From Nitrospirota bacterium (lineage in GTDB: Bacteria > Nitrospirota > UBA9217): a stretch of DNA of 64,000 nt. The translations under genes were made by a program, and so were the position numbers. The notes beneath the pieces were generated by a model. It had not been told where the DNA came from, searched no databases, and was given only the letters and a program-made list of their open reading frames with translations. The stretch covers positions 480,001 through 544,000 of the forward strand of contig CAVVUN010000012.1 of assembly GCA_963751455.1 (NCBI GenBank). The letters are read 5' to 3'. This document shows positions 9,808 to 19,724 of this stretch, piece by piece; the stretch's first letter is position 1, and each line of letters begins with the position of its first letter.

Positions 9808-10021
9808 CCAGTGTAGTGTCTCTTAAATGGACGATGTTATGATGATTTCTCATCGAAAACTTATCTTCGTATAAATATTTGCTGATGAATTTGTAGGGCA
9901 ACCCTTTAGGGTTGCTGCTGTTCCGGCGCTTTCAGCAAGGCTAAAGCCTTGCCCTACAAGTTTGGTTGCGGCCTACTGCCGCGCTATGATAACACCAGTC
10001 GTTTGTGAGACACTACACTAG
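9808..10021. mobile_element. About 215-bp non-autonomous MITE-like element (copy 1) containing a REP unit
   Basis: Terminal inverted repeats C(C/T)AGTGTAGTGTCTC ... GAGACACTACACTAG. Near-identical inverted copy at 56589-56804. Confidence 0.8.
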
Positions 10022-11134
10022 TTACTTTTTCCCCTTCTCTCCGAATATTTCCTTCACCTTGTCGAAAAAACCTCTTGTGATAGGGGTGGAATTCTCGCCG
10101 TTCAACCGCTCGAACTCCTGGAGCAGTTCCTTTTGCCGGGACGTCAGTTTACCGGGCACCTCGACGACGATCCTGCAAACCTCATCGCCGACACTCAAGC
10201 CGCGAACGTGCGGAAAACCCTTTCCCTTGAGTCGAAATGTCTGGCCCGGCTGCGTTCCCGGCGGTATTTTAAGCTTCGCGCTGCCGGCGATGGTCGGCAC
10301 TTCTATCTCGGCTCCGAGCGCCGCCTGGACAAAGCTGATCGGAACCGCGCAAACGATATCATGCCCTTCCCGCTGGAAAAGCGCATGCTCCTCCACCATG
10401 AGGTACACATACAGATCGCCTGGAGGACCGCCGTAATTGCCGAGTTCGCCCTCGCCGGTCAGGCGGATCGTGGTGCCTGTCTCTACGCCCGCCGGGATCC
10501 TGACCGAGAGCGTGCGTTCCCGTTCCACCCGTTTGCGGCCCCGGCACGTGTTGCAGGGATCGGTTATCTCACGTCCCTCGCCCCCGCAGCGCGAACAGGT
10601 TCTGCTTATGCTGAAAAACCCCTGCTGCATTCTGATCTGTCCGCTTCCGCGACACATTGAGCACGTAACGATCTTATCCTTTGACTTTGCGCCGAGCCCG
10701 TCGCAGTCGGGGCACCGCTCCCACCGCGGTACCCTGATCTTCGTGGTAGTTCCGAATGCCGCATCTTCGAAACTGATCTTCAAATTATACCGAAGATCTT
10801 CGCCCGCGACCGCCCTGGCGCCGCCCCGTCCGGTCCCGAAAAACTCGCCGAAAATGTCGCCGAAAATGTCGCCCATGCCCGCGCCAGCGCCGGCGCCGTA
10901 ACCTCCGCCTTGCGCGCCGGGCGCCGTCCCGTACTGGTCGTAGTATGCCCTCTTCTGAGGATCGGACAATACCTCGTACGCCTCATTTATCTCCTTGAAT
11001 TTGTCCTCAGACGCTTTGTCCCCGGGGTTTTTATCGGGGTGAAACTGGTGCGCGAGCCGGCGATATGCGCGTTTTAGCTCGGCATCCGACGCATTGCGGT
11101 GAACGCCGATCAGTTCATAATAATCTTTTGCCAT
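10022..11134 (-). CDS. dnaJ: Chaperone DnaJ
   Basis: HPD J-domain, G/F region, four CxxCxGxG-type zinc repeats. Confidence 0.97.
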   Translation of the reverse strand: MAKDYYELIGVHRNASDAELKRAYRRLAHQFHPDKNPGDKASEDKFKEINEAYEVLSDPQKRAYYDQYGTAPGAQGGGYGAGAGAGMGDIFGDIFGEFFGTGRGGARAVAGEDLRYNLKISFEDAAFGTTTKIRVPRWERCPDCDGLGAKSKDKIVTCSMCRGSGQIRMQQGFFSISRTCSRCGGEGREITDPCNTCRGRKRVERERTLSVRIPAGVETGTTIRLTGEGELGNYGGPPGDLYVYLMVEEHALFQREGHDIVCAVPISFVQAALGAEIEVPTIAGSAKLKIPPGTQPGQTFRLKGKGFPHVRGLSVGDEVCRIVVEVPGKLTSRQKELLQEFERLNGENSTPITRGFFDKVKEIFGEKGKK

Positions 11135-11343
11135 GGTTGAAGCCGGAAGCGTTCGGGTGATAAGGCGGTCTTCGCCTTCGGCCCTGTCTCGCGTTTCCGG
11201 AGTTTATCCTCCGTTTCCAAACAACAAAAAGAGGACAGCAAGCTGAATTGAATACGGAAGGGAAAGGCTTGACGGTTATTGACCTTTCGCCTTTTGATCT
11301 CCCGTCTTCTATCTCTGCTGTCCTCTTGTCTTATCGATGTTCG

Positions 11344-13269
11344 TTACTTCTTGTCCTTGTCAACTTCTTCGAACTCGGCTTCGACCACCTTCTCCCCGGT
11401 CTTGCCGTCGCCGCCGTTTGCTGCCTCCGAAGCACCCGCTCCGGCTCCGGCCGGCTGCTCTTTATTCATCTTTGAGTAGACTTCCTCGGCCAGCTTGTGC
11501 GAAGCTTTAGAAAGATCCGCGACGGCCTTCTTGATTGCGTCGATGTCCTGGCCGTCCTTCACCCGTTTCGCTTCTTCCAGTGCCTTCTGAATGTCGCCGC
11601 GCTCTGAATCCGAAAGCTTCGAGCCGTAATCAGCGATCGATTTCTCAACCGAGTATATCAATGTGTCCGCCTCGTTCCTGGCATCGGCAACCTCGCGTTT
11701 TCGCTTGTCCTCTGCGGCGTGTGATTCCGCCTCCTTTACCGCCTTGTCGATCTCGTCCTTGCTCATCCCGGAGGAGGCCGTAATCTTGATGGACTGTTCT
11801 TTGCCCGTTCCGAGGTCCTTCGCCATGACATGCACGATCCCGTTCGCGTCGATGTCGAAGGTTACTTCGACCTGCGGTATTCCCCGGGGCGCCGGCGGAA
11901 TGCCGACCAGCTCAAAACGGCCGAGAGTCTTGTTGTCCGCGGCCATTTCACGTTCGCCCTGCACCACGTGGATCGAAACCGCGGTCTGGTTGTCCGAGGC
12001 CGTGGAAAACACCTGGCTTTTCTTGGTGGGAATCGTCGTATTGCGTTCAATGATCCTCGTTGTGACAGCGCCCAGGGTCTCGATGCCCAGTGACAGGGGC
12101 GTCACGTCCAGGAGCAGCACGTCCTTGACCTGGCCGGTCAGCACTGCGCCCTGGATGCCGGCGCCGATCGCCACAACCTCGTCGGGGTTCACGCCTCGGT
12201 GCGGGTCCTTCTTGAAGTACTCTTTCACGGTCTGAATCACCCGGGGCATGCGGGTCATGCCGCCCACCAGGATCATCTCATTTATGTTCTCCACGGTCTT
12301 TCCCGCGTCGGAAAGCGCCTTTTTGACCGGATCTATGGTTTTCTGAACGAGGTCGCCGACCAGTTGTTCCAATTTGGCTCTCGACAGTTTGTACAGCAGG
12401 TGCTTGGGTCCGCTCGCGTCCGCGGTTATGAATGGAAGGTTGATCTCCGTCTCCATGACGTTCGACAGTTCTATCTTGGCTTTTTCCGCCGCCTCTTTCA
12501 ATCGCTGGAGCGCCATTTTGTCCTTGCGCAGGTCGATCCCCTGGTCCTTCATGAATTCATCGGCCAGCCACCTGATGATGCGCTCGTCGAAATCATCGCC
12601 GCCCAGATAGGTGTCGCCGTTCGTCGACTTCACCTCGAACACGCCTTCCCCGAGTTCCAGAACCGAGATATCGAAGGTTCCGCCGCCGAGGTCGTAAACG
12701 CCGACCGTTTCGTCCTTCTTTTTGTCGAGACCGTACGCGAGGGCAGCCGCAGTAGGTTCATTGATGATCCGGAGAACGTTCAACCCGGCAATTCTTCCCG
12801 CGTCCTTCGTTGCCTGGCGCTGACTGTCATTGAAGTATGCCGGCACTGTGATCACGGCATCGCTGACCTTCTCGCCCAGGTAATCTTCGGCGGTTTGCCT
12901 CATTTTCTGGAGTATCATGGCTGAAATCTCCGAAGGACTGTACGTTTTTCCCCGGACGCTGACATGCGCATCGCCGTTCGAAGCCGCCACTATCTTATAC
13001 GGCAAATGCTTCATCGCCTCCTTCACTTCGGGCGAATCATATTTTCTTCCCATCAATCTCTTGATCGAAAATACGGTATTTTCCGGGTTCGTAATGGACT
13101 GCCGCTTTGCAATCTGTCCGACGAGCCGCTCACCGCTCTCCGGAAAACCCACAACGGATGGCGTAGTGCGGCTCCCTTCAGAGTTCGCAATTACGACCGG
13201 TTCTCCTCCCTCCATGATAGCAACGCATGAGTTTGTTGTGCCTAAATCAATCCCGATAACCTTTGCCAT
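11344..13269 (-). CDS. dnaK: Chaperone DnaK
   Basis: [25 protein letters not shown]. Confidence 0.99.
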   Translation of the reverse strand: MAKVIGIDLGTTNSCVAIMEGGEPVVIANSEGSRTTPSVVGFPESGERLVGQIAKRQSITNPENTVFSIKRLMGRKYDSPEVKEAMKHLPYKIVAASNGDAHVSVRGKTYSPSEISAMILQKMRQTAEDYLGEKVSDAVITVPAYFNDSQRQATKDAGRIAGLNVLRIINEPTAAALAYGLDKKKDETVGVYDLGGGTFDISVLELGEGVFEVKSTNGDTYLGGDDFDERIIRWLADEFMKDQGIDLRKDKMALQRLKEAAEKAKIELSNVMETEINLPFITADASGPKHLLYKLSRAKLEQLVGDLVQKTIDPVKKALSDAGKTVENINEMILVGGMTRMPRVIQTVKEYFKKDPHRGVNPDEVVAIGAGIQGAVLTGQVKDVLLLDVTPLSLGIETLGAVTTRIIERNTTIPTKKSQVFSTASDNQTAVSIHVVQGEREMAADNKTLGRFELVGIPPAPRGIPQVEVTFDIDANGIVHVMAKDLGTGKEQSIKITASSGMSKDEIDKAVKEAESHAAEDKRKREVADARNEADTLIYSVEKSIADYGSKLSDSERGDIQKALEEAKRVKDGQDIDAIKKAVADLSKASHKLAEEVYSKMNKEQPAGAGAGASEAANGGDGKTGEKVVEAEFEEVDKDKK

Positions 13270-13349
13270 AACAGCCTCCTTATCAAATCCGAATGGATAA
13301 TTACTTTATAGTGTTGAGCCGGTCGCCTTCGTGACCAGTTTGACATTTC

Positions 13350-13961
13350 TTAACCGCTTGACTGCTGACCCTTTTCTTCGCCGTTTTCCGTTTTGAGCGG
13401 TTTTTTCGAAACACTAACCTTGGCGTGCCTGAGCACCTTGTCATGATACATATAGCCTTCCTGGAAAACCTTCAGTACCGTATTATCGGCCGTGTCATCC
13501 GTTATTTCCTGCATGACCGCATCGTGCTTAACCGGATCGAACACTTCCCCATGTGAGCTGAAGGTTGTTATCCCGAATTTCTCGAGAACGCTGAGGAGCT
13601 GCTTGTAGACCAGCTCGACGCCCTCCCGCAGTCCCTGGCTCTGTCCGTCTTCCGCCGCATGTTGGATCGCAAGAGAGAGATTGTCGGCGACGTTCAGGAG
13701 TTCACGCGCCATCTGTTCGTTTGCATATCTCTTGAAATCCGCAACGTCCCGCTGCATGCGTTTGCGATAGTTCTCGAAGTCCGCGTACGTGCGAAGATAA
13801 CGGTTCTGCGCCTCATCGGCCTCCCTGGCCTTTTGCTCGAACGCCTGGGCCATCTTGTCTATGTCGGACGATGTAGCTGTTGAAGCTTCTCCGGTTTCCG
13901 TCTTTTCGGCATCGGCCTTGTTCGCGTCTGCACGTCCTCCGTCATCAACCTTATTCGTCAT
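13350..13961 (-). CDS. grpE: Nucleotide exchange factor GrpE
   Basis: ADFENYRKR, FDPVKHDAV, GYMYHDKVLRHAKV. Confidence 0.96.
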   Translation of the reverse strand: MTNKVDDGGRADANKADAEKTETGEASTATSSDIDKMAQAFEQKAREADEAQNRYLRTYADFENYRKRMQRDVADFKRYANEQMARELLNVADNLSLAIQHAAEDGQSQGLREGVELVYKQLLSVLEKFGITTFSSHGEVFDPVKHDAVMQEITDDTADNTVLKVFQEGYMYHDKVLRHAKVSVSKKPLKTENGEEKGQQSSG

Positions 13962-15003
13962 GATCTAACCCTCTTTGAGAATGTTCTTCCAATAGTTTCG
14001 TAAGCAATTTCGCTGTGTAATCGACCACGTGTATTACCTGCTTGTACTGCATTCTTGTGGGACCGATTACGCCCAATGTTCCGACCACGTTCGTTCCGCC
14101 TTTGTAGGTGCCCACGACAAGGCTGCACCCCTGCATTTCAAAAAAAGGGTTTTCTGAACCGATAAAGACCTTTATGCCGCTGGCAGCCGCGCTCCAGTCG
14201 AGCAGCTTCACCAGTTTATACTTGTCCTCGAACGCCTTAAAGAGGATCTTCATCTTTTCGACATTTGCAAATTCGGGGTTCTCGAAAATCTGCGACGCGC
14301 CCCCGATATACACTTTTTCAGTATCGCGCTCCTGCACTTCCTGGCTCGCCTTGTAGGTTTCATCCATGAGACGCATGAAAACCTGTTTTTCTTCCCTCAT
14401 TTTTTCAACGAGCCGATGCCGGATCTCGGGCAATGTCCATTGCTCCAGCTCTTCATCAAGATACGCGCTGAAGTAATTCAATTCGTGCTGCTGAATGTTT
14501 TCATCCAGCTCGATCAATTTGTTCTGGACGGAGCCATTATTGGTTACAAAGATAATCAGTACTTTTCTGCCCCGCAAGCGTACGAATTCGATGTGTTTAT
14601 ATTGACCTTCCGGCTCCGAAGGCGCTATCACAACGCCTGCGCAGTGAGAAAGCGTCGCAAGAAATTTACTTACTTCGGTCATCAGCGCCTGCAGGTCACC
14701 GCTCTGCAGCGGCGGGGCCTGCCGAAGATGCCCTTCCAGATCTTCGCCTTCGTTCTCTACACTGATGAGACTGTCGATATAGTACCGATATCCCCTGTCG
14801 GTAGGAATTCTCCCGGCCGATGTATGGGGATGTGTAAGATAACCCAATTCCTCCAGTTCGGCCATGATGTTTCTGAGCGTAGCCGAGCTTAAACCAAAAT
14901 CGTAGCGTTTTACCAGAACGGTGGAACCAATAGGAGATCCGCTTGCAATATAGCTGTCTATGACCGCCTGCAAAACTTTTTTATTTCTTTCATCTAAGTC
15001 CAT
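13951..15003 (-). CDS. hrcA: Heat-inducible transcriptional repressor HrcA
   Basis: SSATLRNIMAELE, PHTSAGRIPT, GVIGPTRM; located upstream of grpE-dnaK. Confidence 0.96.
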   Translation of the reverse strand: MDLDERNKKVLQAVIDSYIASGSPIGSTVLVKRYDFGLSSATLRNIMAELEELGYLTHPHTSAGRIPTDRGYRYYIDSLISVENEGEDLEGHLRQAPPLQSGDLQALMTEVSKFLATLSHCAGVVIAPSEPEGQYKHIEFVRLRGRKVLIIFVTNNGSVQNKLIELDENIQQHELNYFSAYLDEELEQWTLPEIRHRLVEKMREEKQVFMRLMDETYKASQEVQERDTEKVYIGGASQIFENPEFANVEKMKILFKAFEDKYKLVKLLDWSAAASGIKVFIGSENPFFEMQGCSLVVGTYKGGTNVVGTLGVIGPTRMQYKQVIHVVDYTAKLLTKLLEEHSQRGLDHDE

Positions 15004-15036
15004 TGACACGGCCTGCAAAAATAAATAATAATACTT

Positions 15037-15063
15037 TTAGCACTCTCGAACATTGAGTGCTAA
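15037..15063. promoter_or_regulatory. CIRCE operator upstream of hrcA
   Basis: Perfect TTAGCACTC-N9-GAGTGCTAA. Confidence 0.96.
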
Positions 15064-15090
15064 TTTAACATACCATATAATAAGTGTCAA
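15062..15090 (-). promoter_or_regulatory. sigma70 promoter of the hrcA-grpE-dnaK-dnaJ operon
   Basis: TTGACA-N17-TAAATT with a TG extension, abutting the CIRCE. Confidence 0.75.
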
Positions 15091-15150
15091 GTTCTCATTT
15101 CTGCTCGGTTTTGCTGTGTGTGCGAGCCCGCTCTTTCGGGCGGTTTCATC

Positions 15151-15199
15151 AAAAAAAAGCATCCCGCAACCAAGCCGAAAATGGATGGCGGCGGGATGC
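15151..15199 (-). terminator. Probable intrinsic terminator after hsp20
   Basis: GCATCCCGC...GCGGGATGC stem followed by a T8 run on the minus strand. Confidence 0.6.
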
Positions 15200-15224
15200 A
15201 GGGAATCCCGTGAAATAATATTCG

Positions 15225-15749
15225 TTATGCTGCCTTCTTGACATGTGTCTCGCCTTCGATTCGTTTGGGGGTCTCTATCTCTATCTTTTTGGCTCCCTTC
15301 GAAATCTGCGGTGCAGGAACAGTGATTTCAAGAATTCCGTTGTTGTATTTTGCCTTCAGTTCATCAGTCTTGACCCCTTCCGGCAGGCTGAACCTTCTCT
15401 CGAAGTTGCCGTAGGAAACCTCCCTGTAGAGGTAGTCTTCTTCCTTGGTGCTCGTTTCCTGTTTCCGTTCACCCTTGATGATAAGCTCATGCATAGTTTC
15501 GTCGAAAGATACATCGACATCTTTCGGATCAACGCCTGGAAGTTCGCACTTGAACACGATATCATTGCCTTTCATGTAGCTTTCAACCAGCGGCATCCAT
15601 CCTACTGCGGATTCCGGCGCGGAGAGGTCCCTTCCCATGACCCGGTTAAACAGTCTGTCCATGTCGCGCTGCATATCACGAAGCTCGCTGAACGGATCCC
15701 ATCTGGTGATGGCCCTGAAAGGGTCCCATCGAATCAATCCTTTTGCCAT
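15225..15749 (-). CDS. Hsp20/alpha-crystallin small heat-shock protein
   Basis: WDPF repeats, ELPGVD, IKGER, YGNFERRFSLP, AKYNNGILEITVP. Confidence 0.93.
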   Translation of the reverse strand: MAKGLIRWDPFRAITRWDPFSELRDMQRDMDRLFNRVMGRDLSAPESAVGWMPLVESYMKGNDIVFKCELPGVDPKDVDVSFDETMHELIIKGERKQETSTKEEDYLYREVSYGNFERRFSLPEGVKTDELKAKYNNGILEITVPAPQISKGAKKIEIETPKRIEGETHVKKAA

Positions 15750-15831
15750 AATAACCCTCCTTTTCTCCGAAATACGGAGATCCCAGAAATTATCGGGCAA
15801 AACCCGTATCTGACATCTATATATCAGATAA

Positions 15832-15858
15832 TTAGCACTCTGTCAAGTAGAGTGCTAA
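15832..15858. promoter_or_regulatory. Second CIRCE operator, overlapping the -35 of the hsp20 promoter
   Basis: Perfect TTAGCACTC-TGTCAAGTA-GAGTGCTAA. The spacer contains TTGACA on the minus strand. Confidence 0.93.
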
Positions 15859-15912
15859 TGAATCAATTATTTGATTTTTCTGGGAAATTAAGCTGATAAT
15901 TCTTGGGAGGAG

Positions 15913-16170
15913 TTATTTTTTTTCTGACCGGCCGCCTTGGATAACAAATCTTTCACGGATTATTTTTCGGAATCTGGGCGTGTAAATCATTTCATAGACA
16001 TGCTCTTTGTCGGGAAAAAGGTTCAAGGCCGCCCTCTTCGTGTCATTCATAATCGTAAAGGCCTCTCGCAGGGTAAGATCAGATTGCTGCATAAGAATTG
16101 CCTGCGCAAGATCAACAATGAAACGAAGCCGTCTCATGTTTTTTTCTTCTTCGATAAGCTTTTCTTTCAC
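15913..16170 (-). CDS. Hypothetical protein (85 aa)
   Basis: Plausible helical protein with GAGG-GTG start, co-oriented with its neighbours. Confidence 0.65.
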   Translation of the reverse strand: MKEKLIEEEKNMRRLRFIVDLAQAILMQQSDLTLREAFTIMNDTKRAALNLFPDKEHVYEMIYTPRFRKIIRERFVIQGGRSEKK

Positions 16171-16272
16171 CTCGAAAACGCGCCTTTCTTCATGGAATCT
16201 CTCATTACAACACGACTGGTTTCTTGCGAGAGCGCCGGCTTGCCCAGTCCAAAATCATATAGTACGACTTCG

Positions 16273-17025
16273 TCAGCGTTTTTTCAATACCCTCCGCTCT
16301 TTCGAAAGCATTTCGAGCAATTCAAGCGCGTTCATCGTCGCATACCCGTATGCGTCATTGTTGAAGTAAATAAAGACATCTTTGCCTTGCTCCCGGTAGC
16401 GGGCAATCCGGGCCGCATCTCCTGCCAACTGCTCCGTGGAATAACGTCCTGCGTATTTCGCTCCATGACCGTGCCTGCGAATATAAACGAAATCTGAGGT
16501 CACAGGAAGCTTATCGAGATAGTCAGGCGAGTCAGCCATGCAGAGCGCCGCATTATGTTTGCGGCAAAGGTCTATAACACCCGGAACGATCCAGCTTTCG
16601 TTCCGGAATTCGAACGCATGACGAAACTGGTAGCCTTGCAGAAAGATGAGAAAGGACGAGAACCTCTCGAGGTTTAATTTATATGCGGGGGGAAACTGCC
16701 AGAGAACAACCTGCAGTTTTTCCTTCAAAAGAGACGCGCCTTGAAAAAATTTTTCGACCGCCTCGGCGGGATCGACAAGCCTTTTCACATGCGTAATGTA
16801 CCTGCTTCCTTTTACGGCAAATTGAAAGCCGGAGGGCGTATCCCGATACCAGGCGTTGAATGCAGCCTCTGTGGGAAGATGGTAAAAAGTGACGTTCAAC
16901 TCTATGGAAGAAAAGACGCTGCTGTAATACTGAAGCCATTTTCGTTCAGGCAGGCCGTGGGGATAAAAAACGTCTTTCCAGTGCTTATAGCTGAATCCGC
17001 TGCATCCGATCCTGATCTCCGGCAT
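16273..17025 (-). CDS. DUF72-domain protein
   Basis: IGCSGFSY, IELNVTFY, KGSRYITH, LWQFPP, FEFRNESW, YFNND. Confidence 0.92.
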   Translation of the reverse strand: MPEIRIGCSGFSYKHWKDVFYPHGLPERKWLQYYSSVFSSIELNVTFYHLPTEAAFNAWYRDTPSGFQFAVKGSRYITHVKRLVDPAEAVEKFFQGASLLKEKLQVVLWQFPPAYKLNLERFSSFLIFLQGYQFRHAFEFRNESWIVPGVIDLCRKHNAALCMADSPDYLDKLPVTSDFVYIRRHGHGAKYAGRYSTEQLAGDAARIARYREQGKDVFIYFNNDAYGYATMNALELLEMLSKERRVLKKR

Positions 17026-17092
17026 GGTTGTTTCTCCGCGGTGCAGGCAATAAATAACTGAGCGGCCACCCGTGGGCATGACGCATCGTGCA

Positions 17093-17620
17093 TCATGGAT
17101 CCTTTCTCTCAAACGTTCCGCTTTTTCCTCCGGTCTTCCTGAGGAGCCGGATGTCGGTCACGGTCATGGCCCGGTCCACGGCCTTGCACATATCATATAT
17201 GGTAAGACCCGCAGCAGCTACCGCGGTAAGCGCCTCCATTTCCACTCCGGTCTTTCCTGTTGTGCTGACGGTTGCTCTGATGTCAACACATGAGGTCTGC
17301 TTGTCCGGGGTGAAGGAAATATCTACTGACGTAAGAGATAAAGGATGACACAGGGGGATGAGGTCCGCCGTCTTCTTCGCGGCCATGATCCCTGCAATCC
17401 GCGCAACGCCGAACACATCTCCTTTTGAAATGGTGCGGCCAAGGATGAGACCGAGCGTTTCAGGCAGCATCGTTACGCGGCCTGCCGCAACAGCCTCACG
17501 TTTCGTTTCTTCCTTGGCTGCGACATCGACCATGCGCGCCGCGCCTTCATCATCAAAATGAGTAAATTTCTTGTTCGCCCCTCTTCCCTCGTCCCTCGTC
17601 ACTCGTCTTTTATCCTCCAA
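17093..17620 (-). CDS. moaC: Cyclic pyranopterin monophosphate synthase MoaC
   Basis: [37 protein letters not shown]. Confidence 0.96.
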   Translation of the reverse strand: MEDKRRVTRDEGRGANKKFTHFDDEGAARMVDVAAKEETKREAVAAGRVTMLPETLGLILGRTISKGDVFGVARIAGIMAAKKTADLIPLCHPLSLTSVDISFTPDKQTSCVDIRATVSTTGKTGVEMEALTAVAAAGLTIYDMCKAVDRAMTVTDIRLLRKTGGKSGTFERKDP

Positions 17621-18605
17621 TCCTTGACATGGTCCGCTGATAGCGGGCCGCGGCAGTGTCCGCGAAAGTTATGTAATGCCGCTCCGGCTTGAGTTCGAGC
17701 GCCAATCGAAGCAGGCGTTCAAGTTCGCGGTCATCGCAGCCTCCTCTGAGCGGAGACTTGATGTCGATTTCGGTGTCGGAAAGCAGGCAGGGTCTGATCC
17801 TGCCGTCTGCAGTAAGGCGGAGACGTCTGCAGGAGGCGCAAAAGTGCTTGCTTATCGGACTGATAAAGCCCACGACTCCTTTTGCTCCGGAAATCTGATA
17901 GTTGTCCGAAGGGCCCGCGGATCTGGCGGACGCGTACGGTTTGAGAACGCCTATCTCCCGTTCAATGATCGACCGTGCCTCGGCGCCCGTCACACATACC
18001 TCGGTCTTCCAGCGGTCGTTTGCGCCGATCGGCATGAATTCGATAAAACGCACATGGACAGCGCGATCAAGAGTCAACCGGGCGAAATCTGAAATCTCGT
18101 TGTCATTAACGCCCTTTACCGGAACCATATTTATCTTGATTGGAGCAAAGCCGACTTCCTCGGCCCTCGTAATCCCGCGCCATACCCTGGTCCAGGCGTC
18201 GCTGCCCGTAATGGAGCGGAATTTCTCCGGGTCAAGCGAATCAAGACTGATATTCAACCTCGAAATGCCGGCTGCGCGCAGCCCCCCGGCCATCTCTTCA
18301 AGAAGGACCCCATTTGTCGTCAGGCTGATGTCTTCAATTCCGTCCAGCCGCTTCAGGCAGGCAACGAAATCCAGGAGGCCGCGTCGTATAAGAGGCTCTC
18401 CTCCCGTCAGCCGGATGTGAGTTATGCCGAGCGAAGCGGCTACAGAGACGGTTCGGATGATCTCTTCATAGCGAAGAACTTCCGGGTGGCGCAGCAGCTT
18501 GAATTTGATTTTAGGTTTGCAGTATATGCAGGAAAGGTTGCAGCGGTCCGTAATTGATACGCGGAGATAGTCGATGCAGCGTTTGTGCGGATCATATACA
18601 GGCAT
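17610..18605 (-). CDS. moaA: GTP 3',8-cyclase MoaA
   Basis: [32 protein letters not shown]-terminal IGG. Confidence 0.96.
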   Translation of the reverse strand: MPVYDPHKRCIDYLRVSITDRCNLSCIYCKPKIKFKLLRHPEVLRYEEIIRTVSVAASLGITHIRLTGGEPLIRRGLLDFVACLKRLDGIEDISLTTNGVLLEEMAGGLRAAGISRLNISLDSLDPEKFRSITGSDAWTRVWRGITRAEEVGFAPIKINMVPVKGVNDNEISDFARLTLDRAVHVRFIEFMPIGANDRWKTEVCVTGAEARSIIEREIGVLKPYASARSAGPSDNYQISGAKGVVGFISPISKHFCASCRRLRLTADGRIRPCLLSDTEIDIKSPLRGGCDDRELERLLRLALELKPERHYITFADTAAARYQRTMSRIGG

Positions 18606-18664
18606 GTAAAAAATCTACCATAGACGTCCGGATACTTCAAGCCATAAATGCGGCAATTATAGCC

Positions 18665-18693
18665 TTGACCGGGGAACTTTTTATCAGTATAAT
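18665..18693 (+). promoter_or_regulatory. sigma70 promoter
   Basis: TTGACC-N17-TATAAT upstream of 18762. Confidence 0.65.
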
Positions 18694-18761
18694 TTTTGCA
18701 GTGTCAACGGTGCGCAGACCCGATAACGTTTTTGTTCTATAAACAGAGAATTGAACAGTAT

Positions 18762-19316
18762 ATGTCAAAAACCGTAAAACGATCCTTGCTGGGAAAAGGC
18801 AGGGGATACCTGAATGCAACCGGGACTCAGGCAAGATTCATCATATTTCTTCTTTCAGTACTCATTGTCTTCGGCATTATCCTGCGGGTTTTCCAGAAAC
18901 TTGCCGAAATAGTGCAGTTCCCTGTCTTTCTGCCCGTTTCCCTCCTTTCACTTCTCATTTTCGTCGGCATTGCCGGGACGATTTATTCGCATTCATTCAT
19001 CGGGCCGATGGTCCGGATACGAAAAGCGGTCGAGCTGTTGGCGCAGGGGAATAACGCAATCTCGCTGCACCTCAGGGAATCTGACGATCCCATGCTCCAG
19101 GACCTCGTCAAGGCGATCGGGGACCTTAGCGAACACACACGGAACACGAACACCCTTATCAAAGAAACGGCTGAAGAGCTGTTTGCCGAAATCTCACGCC
19201 TGCAGGAAAAATTCGAACACGCCGCGGACAAACGGGAAATCCAGAGGCAGCTGGAACTGGTGAAAACAAAACAGGAGTTGCTGTATAAAACGCTTCATGC
19301 GGAAGGAAAGATATAG
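18762..19316 (+). CDS. Two-TM HAMP-domain protein
   Basis: Two TM helices, then SHSFIGPMVRIRKAVELLAQG...LRESD (HAMP-like) and a coiled coil. Confidence 0.7.
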   Translation: MSKTVKRSLLGKGRGYLNATGTQARFIIFLLSVLIVFGIILRVFQKLAEIVQFPVFLPVSLLSLLIFVGIAGTIYSHSFIGPMVRIRKAVELLAQGNNAISLHLRESDDPMLQDLVKAIGDLSEHTRNTNTLIKETAEELFAEISRLQEKFEHAADKREIQRQLELVKTKQELLYKTLHAEGKI

Positions 19317-19324
19317 GAGCTGCC

Positions 19325-19606
19325 ATGGCTGAAAGCGGTTTTAGAGGCAAGAGCATGAGGTCGGTTGCGGTAGACGTGGCTGAGGGCTATATCTCGATCA
19401 ATCCGCTTTTTCTCAAGAAATTCGACAAAGACATGCTGAAGGATTTGTACGAGCACCTTAACAAGTCTCTTACCTCTACGAGGAATGAAAAAATAGACCC
19501 GTCAAACCAGGCATCCGTCCGGACGAGAAACATGAAACTCCAGCGCATCCATAACGCGATGATCGTCCTGAGAAACAGCGCCCGCGAAAAAAGAATACCC
19601 CTGTAA
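19325..19606 (+). CDS. Hypothetical protein (93 aa)
   Basis: AGGAG RBS, directly downstream of the HAMP gene. Confidence 0.65.
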   Translation: MAESGFRGKSMRSVAVDVAEGYISINPLFLKKFDKDMLKDLYEHLNKSLTSTRNEKIDPSNQASVRTRNMKLQRIHNAMIVLRNSAREKRIPL

Positions 19607-19610
19607 CAAT

Positions 19611-19723
19611 CCTGAAAAAACAAATTGGGACGCAGAAAAAACGGATAAACGCGGATCGCAACTCGTCTTTTGATTTATCTGCGAAAATCCGCCTTTATCT
19701 GCGTCCAAGCATCCCTTCTTAGG
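19611..19723. repeat. Palindromic element with CCTRAAAA...TTAGG ends (GGACGCAGA family)
   Basis: TTGGGACGCAGAAAAAACGGAT ... ATCCGCCTTTATCTGCGTCCAA between convergent genes. Relatives at 43220-43563 and 44702-44812. Confidence 0.7.
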
Positions 19724-19724
19724 T

